Source: Octopus sinensis
Lineage: Eukaryota
DNA length: 64,000 nucleotides
Assembly (NCBI RefSeq): GCF_006345805.1
Contig: NC_042997.1
Location: 107,198,001 to 107,262,000, forward strand
Reading direction: 5' to 3'
This document shows positions 36,501 to 50,100 of the stretch, in pieces (position 1 is the stretch's first letter; each line of letters opens with the position of its first letter). A program made the translations under genes and the position numbers. The notes beneath the pieces are model-generated. The model searched no databases. It was given only the letters and a program-made list of their open reading frames with translations, and was not told the origin of the DNA.

Positions 36501-39500
36501 GGCAGGAACTGTCTGTCACGGCTTCTGCACCATTTTGATGACATCTTAAAAGCGTTGGGAGAGGGCTTCAACACTGACATCATATACCTTGATTTCAGCA
36601 AGGCATTTGACAGAGTGGACCACAAAATCGTGCTGAAGAAACTGTCCAACATTGGAATCCATGGAAAGCTGCTGCACTGGATAAAGTATTTCTTGATGAG
36701 CAGAACCCAACATGTTGTGTTTAAGGGAATACGATCCAGCTCAGCCACTCCTCTTCATTATTTACATCAACTACATAGTAGATGTCATCAAACATTCTAC
36801 ATTGAAAATCTTTGCAGATGATTCCAAACTCCAGAAAGCCATAAACGGCATGGGAGACCGAACATGCCTTCAGTCGGATCTGTTTGCTGTTGTCCAATGG
36901 GCAGAAAAAAAACAATATGCTTTTAAATTAAGATAAGTTTGATTTGATCCACTTTGGAGAAGAGGAAACTGAAAATACCATATGCTTTTCCCTCGGGTGA
37001 CTCCCTGGTGTCATCCAACAATACCAGAGACCTTGGAGTAATTGTTGATAACAATCTAAGTTGGATTTCCCACGTAAACAGCAAGGTTGACCTGGCCCGC
37101 GAGATGTGCTCTTGGATTCTGAGAACTTTCTGGCCTAGAGATGCCTACACCATCATCCTTCTCTACTCTACTTTTGCCCGACCTCACCTTGAATACTCTT
37201 GCCCACGGGTCCCACCCTCCTATATGAAGCAACTCATTATGACAGTAGAAGCACTCAATAACAAGAAAGATAGATGGCATGAGAGGCATTGATTATTGGG
37301 GTCAACTATAAAAACTCAATCTCTACTCTCTCCAACGCTGCCGGGTGCGCTACATCATTTGTGTTATGTGGAAAATATTCCATCAATATTGCACAAATGA
37401 TGTTGGCATCAATTTTAAAATCCATCCAAGACTTGGCCCCCGTGCTATCTGCCCACTACAAAAATCGAACTCAGTACACATAGCAACATTACATTGCAAT
37501 TACTTTACCTCAACCAGTCCAGCTCTCTTTAATACCATACCAAAATACGTCAAAATAGAAATGGATCCCATAAAATTTAAATGTTCACTGGACAAATTTC
37601 TTCAAAAAATCCCAGACCAACCTCCTACACCAGGATATGTCTCCAACAATAATAACTCTTTGCCAGAGTGGGTTATGGTGCCCCCTATATGACTAAAAGA
37701 CTTCACCAGGTGGTGCTATTAAGTTAGACATGGCTAGGGCCTACATTGGCTGAAACCCATCAAAGCTATGTTTTCATAACTTTAGACTTGACATAAAAAT
37801 CCAATGTGCAAATGCCAAGGGTTCAGTGAAAGTAGTCAAATGCAATAAGTCCACTCTTATTGACTACATCCTACAGCTGTCCTGCTGGATGGTGTTAAGA
37901 AGCAGTCAGTGAATGTGGACTTGCAGCCTTGATTAAAGTTGGCTTTGAAAGAGACAGGATACTCTGCTTGTGCAGCTGATGCAGATATCTATCTCAGCCT
38001 CTTAACATTACACTTCAATATTGAAACCACTCAACCATTTCTATTACTATCTACCATCTGTTCTTTCTCTCTCCAGCAAACCTGTAGCTATCATGTGTCT
38101 CCCCTCACAATGCTTTGTAATGAGGGATTCCATCAGATGTGTTGATATCTTATATACCCCCACCACTTACCCTCTTGTTTTGCTGATCATCACTCCTTCT
38201 CCTCTATGTTACTATTATTGATATTCCATCACGCTCTTTTTACCACTTGCCACTTCTGTGACTATTAATCACCCACTCCCCCCTTTCCAAGTAACCTTGT
38301 AGCTGTTCCCTGCCCCTTCATACCTACCCACCATAGCAGGTGTTCCATCAAATAGATGCACAATATTGTTCAATGTACCTTTTGAGTCAAGTAGCAATTG
38401 ATCAGTGAACAGCATCTCTTCACAAAGTTGAATATTTTCATTTAAAAAAAAAATTAACATACATCATCATTAAGTATTGATGTGCCACAACTGTTGATTC
38501 GTCAACTTGTATGGAAAATTCAGAACTCTAAAGATTATAGATGAGCTCATGTTTGACATCAGTGGCCATTTCATGTATACGTTGAGAAATTGTGTTATTT
38601 CTAAGTGGAATTGTATTGAGAATTCTGTCACGCTTTCTATGCATGACAGTCAAAAGAACTTCTTCAATAACAGGTCAAAGTAATGTGTCTCCTATAGTGT
38701 GGAGCTTATCGGCCTTTGCAACCAGTAACACAATGTTGTATGGCACAATCATCCTATTATCTTTCTGAAATCCCAAGATCATTTTCCACTTTCCGAATTA
38801 GGTCTTAAGGTAGAAGAAATATTACAAAGGTTTTTCCTTCTGGTCAGAATGCTTGGAATATAAATGATACTATAAACCTGAAGCCTTCATGGCTTTGTTG
38901 CTTAAAGTTTGGTTGCATATAAAACACATAGGCAATTAACTGCTCTGACGAGAAGTAATAATCCTATAAGATAAATAATCAATACTGTATTGACAACAAA
39001 TTTTCGTAAATGGAGACATTGGAGTGTTTAAAAATTGTACAATACAGAAAAAAGTTTTGTTACTCGACATCCATTTTCTATTCTCCACAAATGCAACAAC
39101 ACAAGTGTTGCAATCACTTGGCTATCAATACAATCCAGCAGCTTCATGCAGCTGTCTGTTTACATGAGCATGTGCATTGAGCTGTGAACAGGTCTCATCT
39201 TGCAGTTCTCATATTTAGTCTGGCATTGTCATCCATACCTTCCTGTCTACAGCCTGTCACCAGAGTTCTTAGAGGCTCATTGCCTGTATTGATTTTGTGT
39301 GATCACTTGGTGCTGGCAAGTTTATCCCAAGCTCACTTCTTAATTTTATTGGGAAAAGTTGTTTGTGGCCTTCCCTTATCTAACTTATATCCAAAAACAA
39401 AATGTTATTTCATCCAAAGAATTCTTTAAATGTTTATGGCCCTTCTCAACAGTGTTGCATATACCAAAATATTCTTCGTTTGCAAGGATACTTAGTATAG

Positions 39501-40431
39501 TTATTACAGATTCTTTGCATATCTTCTTTGAATATTTATTTGGGTAGCTTATGTTAAAATATCTTAATACTCAAAATTCTATATCACCCACCATTTTTTG
39601 TTCAGTTGCTCATCACTCACTCAACAGTTGAAATTCCCCACAGCTTTATACCAGGACATGAAAGGTTAAAGTGTGTATGTATATATATATTGACATCCGT
39701 GCTAGCGGGGTGCAAAGAGCACCATACGAGTGTGATCGCTGACAGAGTGGCTAACCGGGTTCCATGCCAGTGGCATATAAAAGGCACCATTCGAGTGTGA
39801 TCATTACCAGCATCGCCTTACAGGCACTTGTGCCCCGTGCTAGTAGGGTGCTAAGAGCATCAACTGAGCGTGATCAATGGCGTTAGGAAGGGCATCCAGC
39901 TGTAGAAACTCTGCCAAATCAAGATTGGAGCCTGGTGCAGCCATCTGGTTTGCCAGCCCTCAGTCAAATCATCCAACTCATGCTAGCATGGAAAGCGGAC
40001 GTTAAACGATGATGATGATGATATATATGTATATTTGTGTGTGTGCAGGTATGGGTGTGTGGTAAGGAGCTTGCTTGTTTCCCAACCACATGGTTCCAGG
40101 TTCAGTCCCATTGCATAGCACTTTGGACAAGTGTCTTCTACTATAGCCTCAGGCCAACCAAAGCCTTGTGAGTGGATTTGGTAGACAGAAACTGAAAGAA
40201 GCCCGTCACACACATATATGTTTGTGTGTGTTTCTTTGTGTCTGTTACCCCGTCACTGCCTGACAACTAATGTTGGTATGTTTACATCCCCATAACTTAG
40301 CGGTCCTAAAAAAATAAGACTTGGGGTTGATTTGTTCAATTAAAACCCTTTGAGGCAGTGTTCCAGCATGGCTGCAGTCAAATGACTGAGATAAGTAAAA
40401 GAAAGAATATACACACACGTATGTACATATA

Positions 40432-40473
<42 letters not shown>

Positions 40474-43400
40474 CTCACTGGCTCCCGTGCCGGTGGCACG
40501 TGAAAAGCATCATCCGAATGTGGCCAGTGCCAGTACCCCCTGATTGGCACCCATGCTGGTGACACTTAAAAAGCACCATCCAAACATGGTTGATGTCGGT
40601 ACCCACTGACTGGCTCCAGTGCTAGTGGTATGTAAAAAGCACCCACTACACTCTCGGAGTGGGGCATTAGGAAGGGCATCCAACTGTAGAAACATTGCCT
40701 GATCAGATTGGAGCCTGGCACAGCCGCTGGCTCTCCAGACCTCAGTCAAACCGTCCAACCCATACCAGCATGGAAACCAGACATTAAACGATGATGATGA
40801 TGACATAAAAAATAAAAAGTCAGATGACACCAGAAAAGCAATGGTTATGTTATGAACTTCATTAGTTTACAGCTGTTTCTGCTATAAGATGCAGTGGACT
40901 CGTAGTTGAATGCCAGAATAACATTCTATAGCTTCATTGGGCCTTCGAATATGAAGTGGAATTTATTTAGGGAAAAGTATTACATTTTTGCAATATACAG
41001 AGATGGCATTAGAAGTGAGGTCATTGCCGATGTAAGTAAAAAATTGTACAGGGTGACCCAAAAGTTCTGTTACAAAAGTTAAATGTATTTCAGCTAAATC
41101 TGAACCAATTTGCTTGAAAACTTGCACACCAGTTTTTAACATTTTTAGCAATGTTACAGCAAAAAAATTATTCACTAAATCCACTTTGTTTCTTTAATAC
41201 AGCCTTAAGCTTACTAGGCACTGCTTCAACAGCATTTCATAAGATTTCTAGTGATATTTATCTCTTCAAAGCTGCTACTAAATGCCACTTGTCTGCTCCT
41301 AGCTTCCTTAGAGACCACTGGATCTCAAAGTGAGGGGCTCTGTCAAAGGCTTTCTCTGGGTCAAGGAATGTCAAATAAAATGGTTTACATTTAGCTATTT
41401 CTGAAGTTGTCTTACTGGGAAGATGGCACCATTGGAATTCATTATTGCACAAAACCAAACTGCATTAATCTATAATAATAAATGCCTAAATGAATTTCTG
41501 TGTGTCAGTGTGCTACACTTTGACACTCCCTCTCACTATTCAATGACACTTCTTCTACTCCTCTTGCTGGGGTGAGAGTAATAGTAGGCATAGAGAAGGT
41601 GAGGGCAGTAGTAGATTGACAGTTGAGATGGTAACAGGGTGATAGTAATAGTATCAGCTGTGGTGGTGGTAGCTGAGGCAGTCAAGCATGACAGTGATAG
41701 TAAGGGTTGTGAAAGACAGTGGTGATGGTGGTGGAGAGGAAGACAGTGAAGTCAAAGGTGTTGATGGTGGTGGCGTGAGAAGTCTGAATGGTGTGTGTAT
41801 GGCAGTTGTGGCGATGGTGATGGTTGAAAACAATCAACAGAAAGAAAGAGAGAGAGAGAAATGTTAGGCAGAAAAAAAAAATTGTACTGATGACCTCCCT
41901 ACCCACCGAATGTTGTCTATCATGAAGCTTTGCAATAAGTCCAAGCCCTCCATATTATATCATTGTTTTGATGAAAATTGTTCATTGCTTGAAAAAATAT
42001 TAGTCAAATTTAATATGTACTATATGCATGAAGTGTCATTATAGGGCTCTAGACCCAATAAAGAGCCCTCCACATGAGCTAGCTTAAAAGCCACCCAAAG
42101 CTGGTTGGGCCTGCAACTTTCTTGGGAAGTTTCATGACCTGGTCCAGTAATTCTAATGTCTCTCCTTTATTCTTGTAACAGCTGATTATAATGCTGCTAC
42201 ATCAGTCATTGGGGGATGACACCTTCTAGTATAACCTGATTATAACTATATAGATGACTAGGTTGTATGCTACTCTGTCAGATATTTTAAGCATCTTAGT
42301 GGTGATTCCTGTTGGAATCATATTGGAACCATTAGCACTAATTCCATTGGAGCAGAGTTGTTGCAAGATGCATAAAAAAAACAGCCAGCTAGATTCAGAT
42401 TTGTCAAGTGCTCAGAAAGGCCTGTTTGGGAGGTTACCATGATAATGGGAAAATGATTTAATTAAATGGCTTGTACCAAGATGGAAAGGAAGAGTGCTAT
42501 TAAGAAAGAGTTGGAAATGCATTGTGACCAATGATCTATATAGCAACATCTAGTAGTCAGGTGATATATAACGCTCATGGTTGTGTGATAAGAAATTTGC
42601 ATTCCAGCCACATGGTTTCTGTTTCAGTCCCACTGTATGACACCTTGGGCAAGTATCTTCTTCTATTGCCTTGAGCCTTTCAAAGCCCTGTAAGTGGATT
42701 TGGTAGATGGAAACTGAAAGAAGCTTATCGTGAATATGTTACTGTCTCTTACCTTGACTTTGTGTGATGGTTGTAGCCATGTATGACTGTCATACAAGCA
42801 GTATTCCACATTTCAATCTCCTGTGTAAATGTGTCTGGTCATAGGGAAATATTACTTGGAAACAGGTGATGGTTGACAATAGGAATGGCATCCAGCCATT
42901 GAAAATCTGACTCATGTGAGCATAGAGAAGTGGATGTGAAATGTTGGTGATGGTGGTAGCAGAACTGCACTTATTTATCTCTCCCTCCCTTGAAGCACTT
43001 TCTTTGTCTTGTGTTGTCAGTGTCCTTCCATATCACTTTATTTTTCATTGAATTCTCTGTTCACCCCTCTTTTTCCCTTATACACCCTCTTATTTTGCCA
43101 TAGCTCCTCCCCCCATTACCCCTGTTCATCTACTTTTTTCAACCCTATGTACCTCTGACTTTGTCACTGGCACTCCACACACTTCAATCATCTGTACTTC
43201 CACCTATTACCTCCCTGACCAACTATTTCCACTTTCCCTGCTAAACTGATATTTATGATTGGCCATGCCTTCAGCCATATTCACCATTTACTATGCTCCC
43301 CTCCATCCCCATCTCTAACCATCTGCTACTTTCCTTTCATACTTTCATGAACCTACCCACTCACTTTACTTAATCCTCTATACCATTTATATTCATCTTC

Positions 43401-46400
43401 ATATAACTTGAGGGTATGCTCTGACACCTTCACCACTATCTTTCTCTTTTGCAACTGAGGTAACCATGTACTTTCTCCCCTACGACAAGGCATCTGTTCC
43501 TGTCCTCCATTCATGCTTTAACCTCTTGTTTCTTGACATAAAGCCACCTCCCTCAAAATTTTACCCTCTTAGTTTAGAGGTCTTGTTAGTTACCTGTTGA
43601 CTTTACTGGTACCAATGCTATGTAAAAAGTACCTGCTGGTAGCTGGTTAGCATTAGGAAGGGTAATGCCAGAGCAAACAGCCATAGAAACCATGCCAAAG
43701 TCGACATTACAGCTTGGTCCTCTGGCTTGCTAGCTCCTGTTGAACCATTCAGCCCATTCCAGTATGGAAATGGACATTAAATGGCCATGATATATAAACT
43801 TATATAAAATTTGTGTGTTTGTATATTCCCCCTCTTGGGCAATGTTGGGTGCATCTGCTAATCTAAGCTAATGTTCTTCCTAATCAGTCATGCTATAACT
43901 TCCCCTCTGATTTTCATGACTTGTCCTTTTCAGTTTTGATGATTTTAATAGATTAATTTGATTTTTTCATGTAGGAATATGAACAACTTACAAACAAAAT
44001 TCATGATTTCCAATTAAAAGAGCAGCAGCTGTTAGATAAAGTGATTATTCCGTCAAGTGAAACTGAAGATGAAGATGATGATGAAGAAGAAGAAGAAAAG
44101 TTACCTTCACCTACAAATAGTTCCACATCTAGTCCAAAGCTCCCATTGAAATCTCCTGTCAGATCTACTATAAAGGTATTACTCCCTAATGCACAATTCA
44201 CTCGGGTAAGTCAACTTTTTTTGGTTTGAGATTTTTATTTTTGTTCTCATAATAAAGATATAATAAACTGCTACTTAAAGGAGGTCCTGTTAGTTTCATA
44301 CAATGTGCTGAAGAGATAAAGGTTTTTATGAAATGTAAGAGCGATCAATAATATAAAACACATATTGCTAATTTAGTTTCTCTCACTCTTTCACAAAACA
44401 ATTTGTCTCATATATTAGTGTAACTTTTAAAAAGTGCTAATTGGGAGCATATGTTTTTAAAATTTATTTGGGATCTTTTCCTTTTGAATGGCACATGTCA
44501 ACACAATTTCTAGTTAACTAAACACTTTAAAACGTTGTATACTAGTAGAATGTCAAAATAAAACATTTTTTCTCTTGGCTTTCTTGAGAAAATTGTAATT
44601 TGTTTGTTTAACGTAGTTTAATTTTTTGAATTTTAACCAATGAATCGCCTCTAGTGAGCTAAAATCATTTGATGTGTCTAATACTGAGACAACATCCTGT
44701 CACTAACCCTAACCTCACCCTCACCCTAAATTTTACCTTTCGTATTTTTATTCTTAATTGTTAAATTAATGTAATTGTTACGCGTGTGTCTAAAATTATT
44801 CGTTTTGTTTTTGCTTTAGCCTTTCGTTATGTATACGTACGGAAAGCGTGTGTATAAAATTATAGAATTATTTTGTTTGTTAATTGTTTTAATTATTTTC
44901 CATTGCTTTCATTTTAGCCATTCATTTTTTTTTTCTTAATTGTTATCCTTAAATTAATTTAACAAGAAAAAAAATAAGAAAGGCTAAAATTTAGGGTGAG
45001 GGTGAGGTTAGGGTTAGTGACAGGATGTTGTCTCAGTTTTAGATGCAGCAAATGATTTTGCTCAATTAGAGGCAATTGATTGGTTAAAATTCGAAAAATT
45101 AAACTATGTTAAACAAACGAATTACAATTTTCTCAAGAAAGCCAAGAGAAAAAAATGTTTTATTTTGACACATTCTACCAGTATACGAAGTTTTAAAGTG
45201 TTTAGTTAACTCGAAATTGTGTTGACATGTGCCGTTCAAAAGGAAAAGATCCTTTATTTGAATCAAACTAATACTGCTCTAAGATTATCTCACAATGGAT
45301 TTTACTGTAAAGGAAAAAATGAAGTTGGGGAAACAGTTAAATGTTGGAAGAAATCTACATTCAAGCAACTACTGTATTACAAAACTAACTGTAGATAATA
45401 GGTGTACAAGACAGAGTGGCTAATATTACATTAATTCTATCACCTTTCAAAAATATAGTACATGATGAGGTTATAAAGTGTTGAATAAATTCTATGTTGG
45501 AGAGAAATGAAATATCTTATGATCACTTTGTAGCATGTGGAAAAGTACCACATGTTAATATAATGCTTTGTCAAGATAACTTTTCATTGTAAATGAAAAT
45601 GAACGAGTGAAGACAGTAGAATATTAACTTTGCCCATGTAATTAACTAACAATGAAACTTGTCAGGGTTTCACTAATGGAATATCTTTCAGGCCTCCATA
45701 TTCACTCCATACTTTTAAGCAATTTTCCATTTAACAAACAATTTTTAAAATGTTCAAGTTTTAAAATACAAATTTATTTTCTTGATTTGTGCACCAGATG
45801 CAAATGAAAGAAAAAAGTTTAAAAAGCAAATGGATTTATATTTATGCCACGACTTTTATACATCTATTAGTTGGATTGCAGATGTTTTATCTCTAAATTC
45901 TTTTTATTTTGCTCTTTTGTTCCTTTTCCCAAAGAATGTAATTATTTATAAGGCCTGCCAGCCACAACAGAATCGATATCCTAAAACCAAGGTACCACAT
46001 AAAACAACATTGGTGTGGATGCTGGTTCCACATAAAAAGCACTGGTGATGGTGCCGCATAGAAAGCACCCAGTCCACACTGTAAAGTGTTTGGCATTAGG
46101 AAGGGCATCCAGCTGTTGAAACCAAGCCAAAACCAGCTATGAAATCCACTGTGGCCCCTGGCCTTGCCGATTCCTATCAAACCATCCAAACCATGCTAGC
46201 ATGGAAACCATGATAATAATGATGATGATTGACAACAACTACATTAGAAATGCTGTTCCTATAGAGAGACTTTATTTCTTGGTACTTTCTAAGTATTAAG
46301 GTTCTGATTTTCCAGGCTTTTATCCTCACCATTAGAGCTTGTATTTACATTTATGTTTCAATGATTTACACAGTCCTAGATTGAGTCTGAATTAACGAGG

Positions 46401-46841
46401 ATGTTCTTATCCATAGTTGTTAAGAAAGGATTTGCCAAGTGCCTACAGTGTCATACAAAAGCCCAATCTGCTACACATGAAGCAGATTATAAAGTTGAAA
46501 TGAGTCACTTCAAAAAATATATTCCTTTATAAGAGATCTCAGCCCAGCATATAATGGCTGCAGCTATCATGCTCTAGTAGAAAGTTACTGCAAATGTCTG
46601 CATGACGTGTGCATGCATTCACACACACACACACATGTGGCTGCTGAAAAGTTCCTGGCTTTAAGGGTATTGTGAAAAGCCTGGTTGGAGGCCCAACCTT
46701 GAGTCCTTTCACAGTGCTTAGAAAAACTGAAGAACTGCTGCAATAAGCCTATGATTCTGAGAGGAATATGTCGAATAAAATCATAACTAACTGATCTTGT
46801 TTGTTTTCCTTTGCCCAAAGCCAGAAACTTTTCAGCATCCC

Positions 46842-46903
<62 letters not shown>

Positions 46904-47150
46904 ATATATATATCATTATCGTCATCATTTAATGTCCATTTTCCATGCTGGCATGGGTTGGACAGTTTGACTGAAGACTGGCAAGCCAGTAGGCTGCACC
47001 AAGCTCCAATCTGATCTGGCAAGGTTTCCACAGCTGGATGCCCTTCTTATGCCAACTACTCCAAGAGTGTAGGGGTTGCTTTTTACGTGTCATCTGTGTG
47101 TGTGTGTGTGTATGTGTATATACATATACACACACACATACACATGTGGT

Positions 47151-47195
<45 letters not shown>

Positions 47196-50100
47196 AACAC
47201 AACAAATATTCAGAAAACAGATTCCATCACATGCCAGGGGGAGAAACTAGAAGTAGTTGATAGCTTCTGCTACTTAGGTGACAATGTCTGTCGTGGGGGT
47301 AGATGCTCAGAGAGTGTTACCACTAGAATAAGAATCGCCTGAGCAAAGTTCAGAAAGCTTCTACCCCTACTGGTGGCAAAGAGCCTCTCGCTCAAAGTGA
47401 AAGGTAGATTGTATGATGCTTGTGCATGAACTGCCATGCTTGACAGAAGTGAAAACATGCCATGACTGCTGAAGACATGCATAGGTTCAAAAGAAATGAA
47501 GCCAGCATGATGCGCTGGATGTGTAATGTCAGTGTGCACACATGACAGAGTGTAAGTACCCTGAGAGAAATGTTGAACATAAGAAGCATCAGATGTGGTG
47601 TGCAAGAGAGACATTTGCATTGGTATGGTCATGTACTATGGATGGATGAGGAGAACTGTGTGAAGAAGTGCCACTCCCAAACAGCTGGAGGAATCCAGAG
47701 AGAGGTAGACCCAGGAAGACATAGGATGAAGTGGTGAAGCATGACCTTCGAACGTTGGGCCTCATAGACGCAATGACAAAAAACTGAGACCTCTAGAGAT
47801 GAGAAGATCCAGCAAATAAAGTGAGTTCACAGCTGTAACCTACACCAGTGTTGCATAACCAGTCCACTCAAAAAGTACCTTGGATCGTAGGGTGACATGC
47901 TGTGTTTGAGGAGACCTATTGAGTCAAGTACATCAAAATCAAATTGAAATTGTAGTTGTGGTCCCCATGCCGGTGGCACATAAAAAGCACCATCCGATCG
48001 TGATTGATGCCAGTCCCCTCTGGCCTCTGTGCCGGTGGCTTGTAAAAAAGGCACCCACTACACTCTCGGAGTGGTTGGTGTTAGGAAGGGCATCCAGCTG
48101 TAGAAACACTGCCAGATCAGACTGGAGCCCGGTGCAGCCTCTTGGCTTACCAGTCGAACCATCCAACCCGTGCCAGCATGGAAAACGGACATTAAATGAT
48201 GATGATGATATATATACACACACAAGAATATCTCTTTCTTTCGGAAAGGCACACATAGACACATGGCAGTAACTCCTGCCTACCAAATTCAATCACAAAG
48301 CTCCGGTCGGCTCGGGGCTATAGCGGAAGACACCTACCCAAAGTGCCACACAGTGGGACTGAACCCGAAACCATGATATATAAATGCATTATCATCATAA
48401 CCATCCTTTAATATTTGTTTTCCATGCTGGTATGATTTTGACCTGAACTGGCAAGCTGCACCAGGTTCCAGTCTGATTTGACTTGGTTTCTACAGTTGGG
48501 TGCTTCTAACATGCCACCATTATTGGTGCTGTAACACTGGCAATAGTACTTTTTACACAGCACATGTACACACACGTACACACACACCGTCTTTATCATT
48601 TAGTGTCCACTTTCCATGTTGGCATGGGTTGGATGGTTTGACTGAAAACTGGTAAGCTGGAAAGTTCCAATCTGATTTGGGATGATTTCTATAGCTGGAT
48701 GCCCTTCCTGATGCCAACCACTGCAAGAGTGTAGTGGGTGCTTCTTACATGCAACCAGCATGGGTGGCAGTTGTGTAACACTGGCATCAGCCACAGTTAT
48801 GATCTCACTTGGCTTGACAGGTCTTCTCAAGCACAGCACTGTATATTGCCATGGGTCTCTATGAAGCCCAACTTTTGAAGGGTGCTTTTTATGTGCCACT
48901 GGCATGGGTGCCAGTTACCCAAAACTGGCATCGGCCACAACTACGATTTCACTTGGCTTGACGAATCTTCTCAAATATGGCATTTTGCCAAAGGTCTCAG
49001 TCACTCGTCATTGCCTCTGTGAGGCCCAACGCACAAAGATCGTGCTTCACCACCTCATCCCATGTTTTTCTGGGTCTACCTCTTCCACCAGTCCCCTTCA
49101 TTATAGATCAACCCTTCTTCACACCGCTGTCCTCATTCATACGCATCACAGGACAATACCAGCACAGTCATCTCTCTTGCACACCACATCTGATACCTCT
49201 TATGCCCAACTTTTCTCTCAAGATGCTTACGCTCTGTTGTTCATGCACACTGACATTGCACATCCAGCAAAGCATACTAGATTCATTTCTTTCAAGTTCA
49301 TGCATGTCCCCAGCGATCACAGTCCATGTTTCACTGCCAAGTAGCATGGCTGTTTGCACACAGGGCTCATACTATCTGCCTTTCACTCTGAGGTAGAAGT
49401 TCTCTGAACATTGTCCAATCTATTCTTATTCTAGCAGCTACACTTTCAGGGCTTACACTTGGTCACCTAGGTATTAGGGGCTATCATATATACATACACA
49501 CAACCTCATGTATCCTCCTCCAAAATGGAGATGAGTACCAACACTTTCATGTGGCATTCATAAGCAGTTGTGAAGATCCTTCACAAATGCAGTGTTGAGC
49601 ACTCGTTCTCACTGTTTGATATTTGTGTGTGTGTGTGTGTGTGTGTGTGGAATATAACATAATGTCCTATGCATTTGTAGATCTTCTGAAGTGACTGAGG
49701 CTAATATTACAAAAAATTATAATCTTAGCTAGAACAACTTTGAATTATAGAAATTTAATCCAAGGAATTGTTTGTATGTTCAGAGTAATGAAAGGTTGCC
49801 TTTATCTCAGATTAAATAATCCCTTGAGCAATAAAATAGTTTATAAAAGTGATTGGGAAATATTGTTGATGTTATCTCATCATCATCATCATTTAACATC
49901 TGTTTTCCATGCTGGCGTGGGTTGGACAGTTTGACAAGAGTTGGCAAGCCGGAGAGCTGCACCAGGCTCCAGCTGCCTGTTTTGGCATGGTTTCTATGGT
50001 TGGATGCCCTTCCTAATACCAACCACTATCAACTATACTACTACTAGAACCAAAAATAAAGCATTATCATCTGTTCTTTGTATGATCTACATCATCATTT

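Noticed and set aside
44700-45020. Interstitial telomere or chromosome fusion site
   Set aside because: Only a few degenerate TTAGGG units, arranged symmetrically inside MITE TIRs bounded by a TSD.
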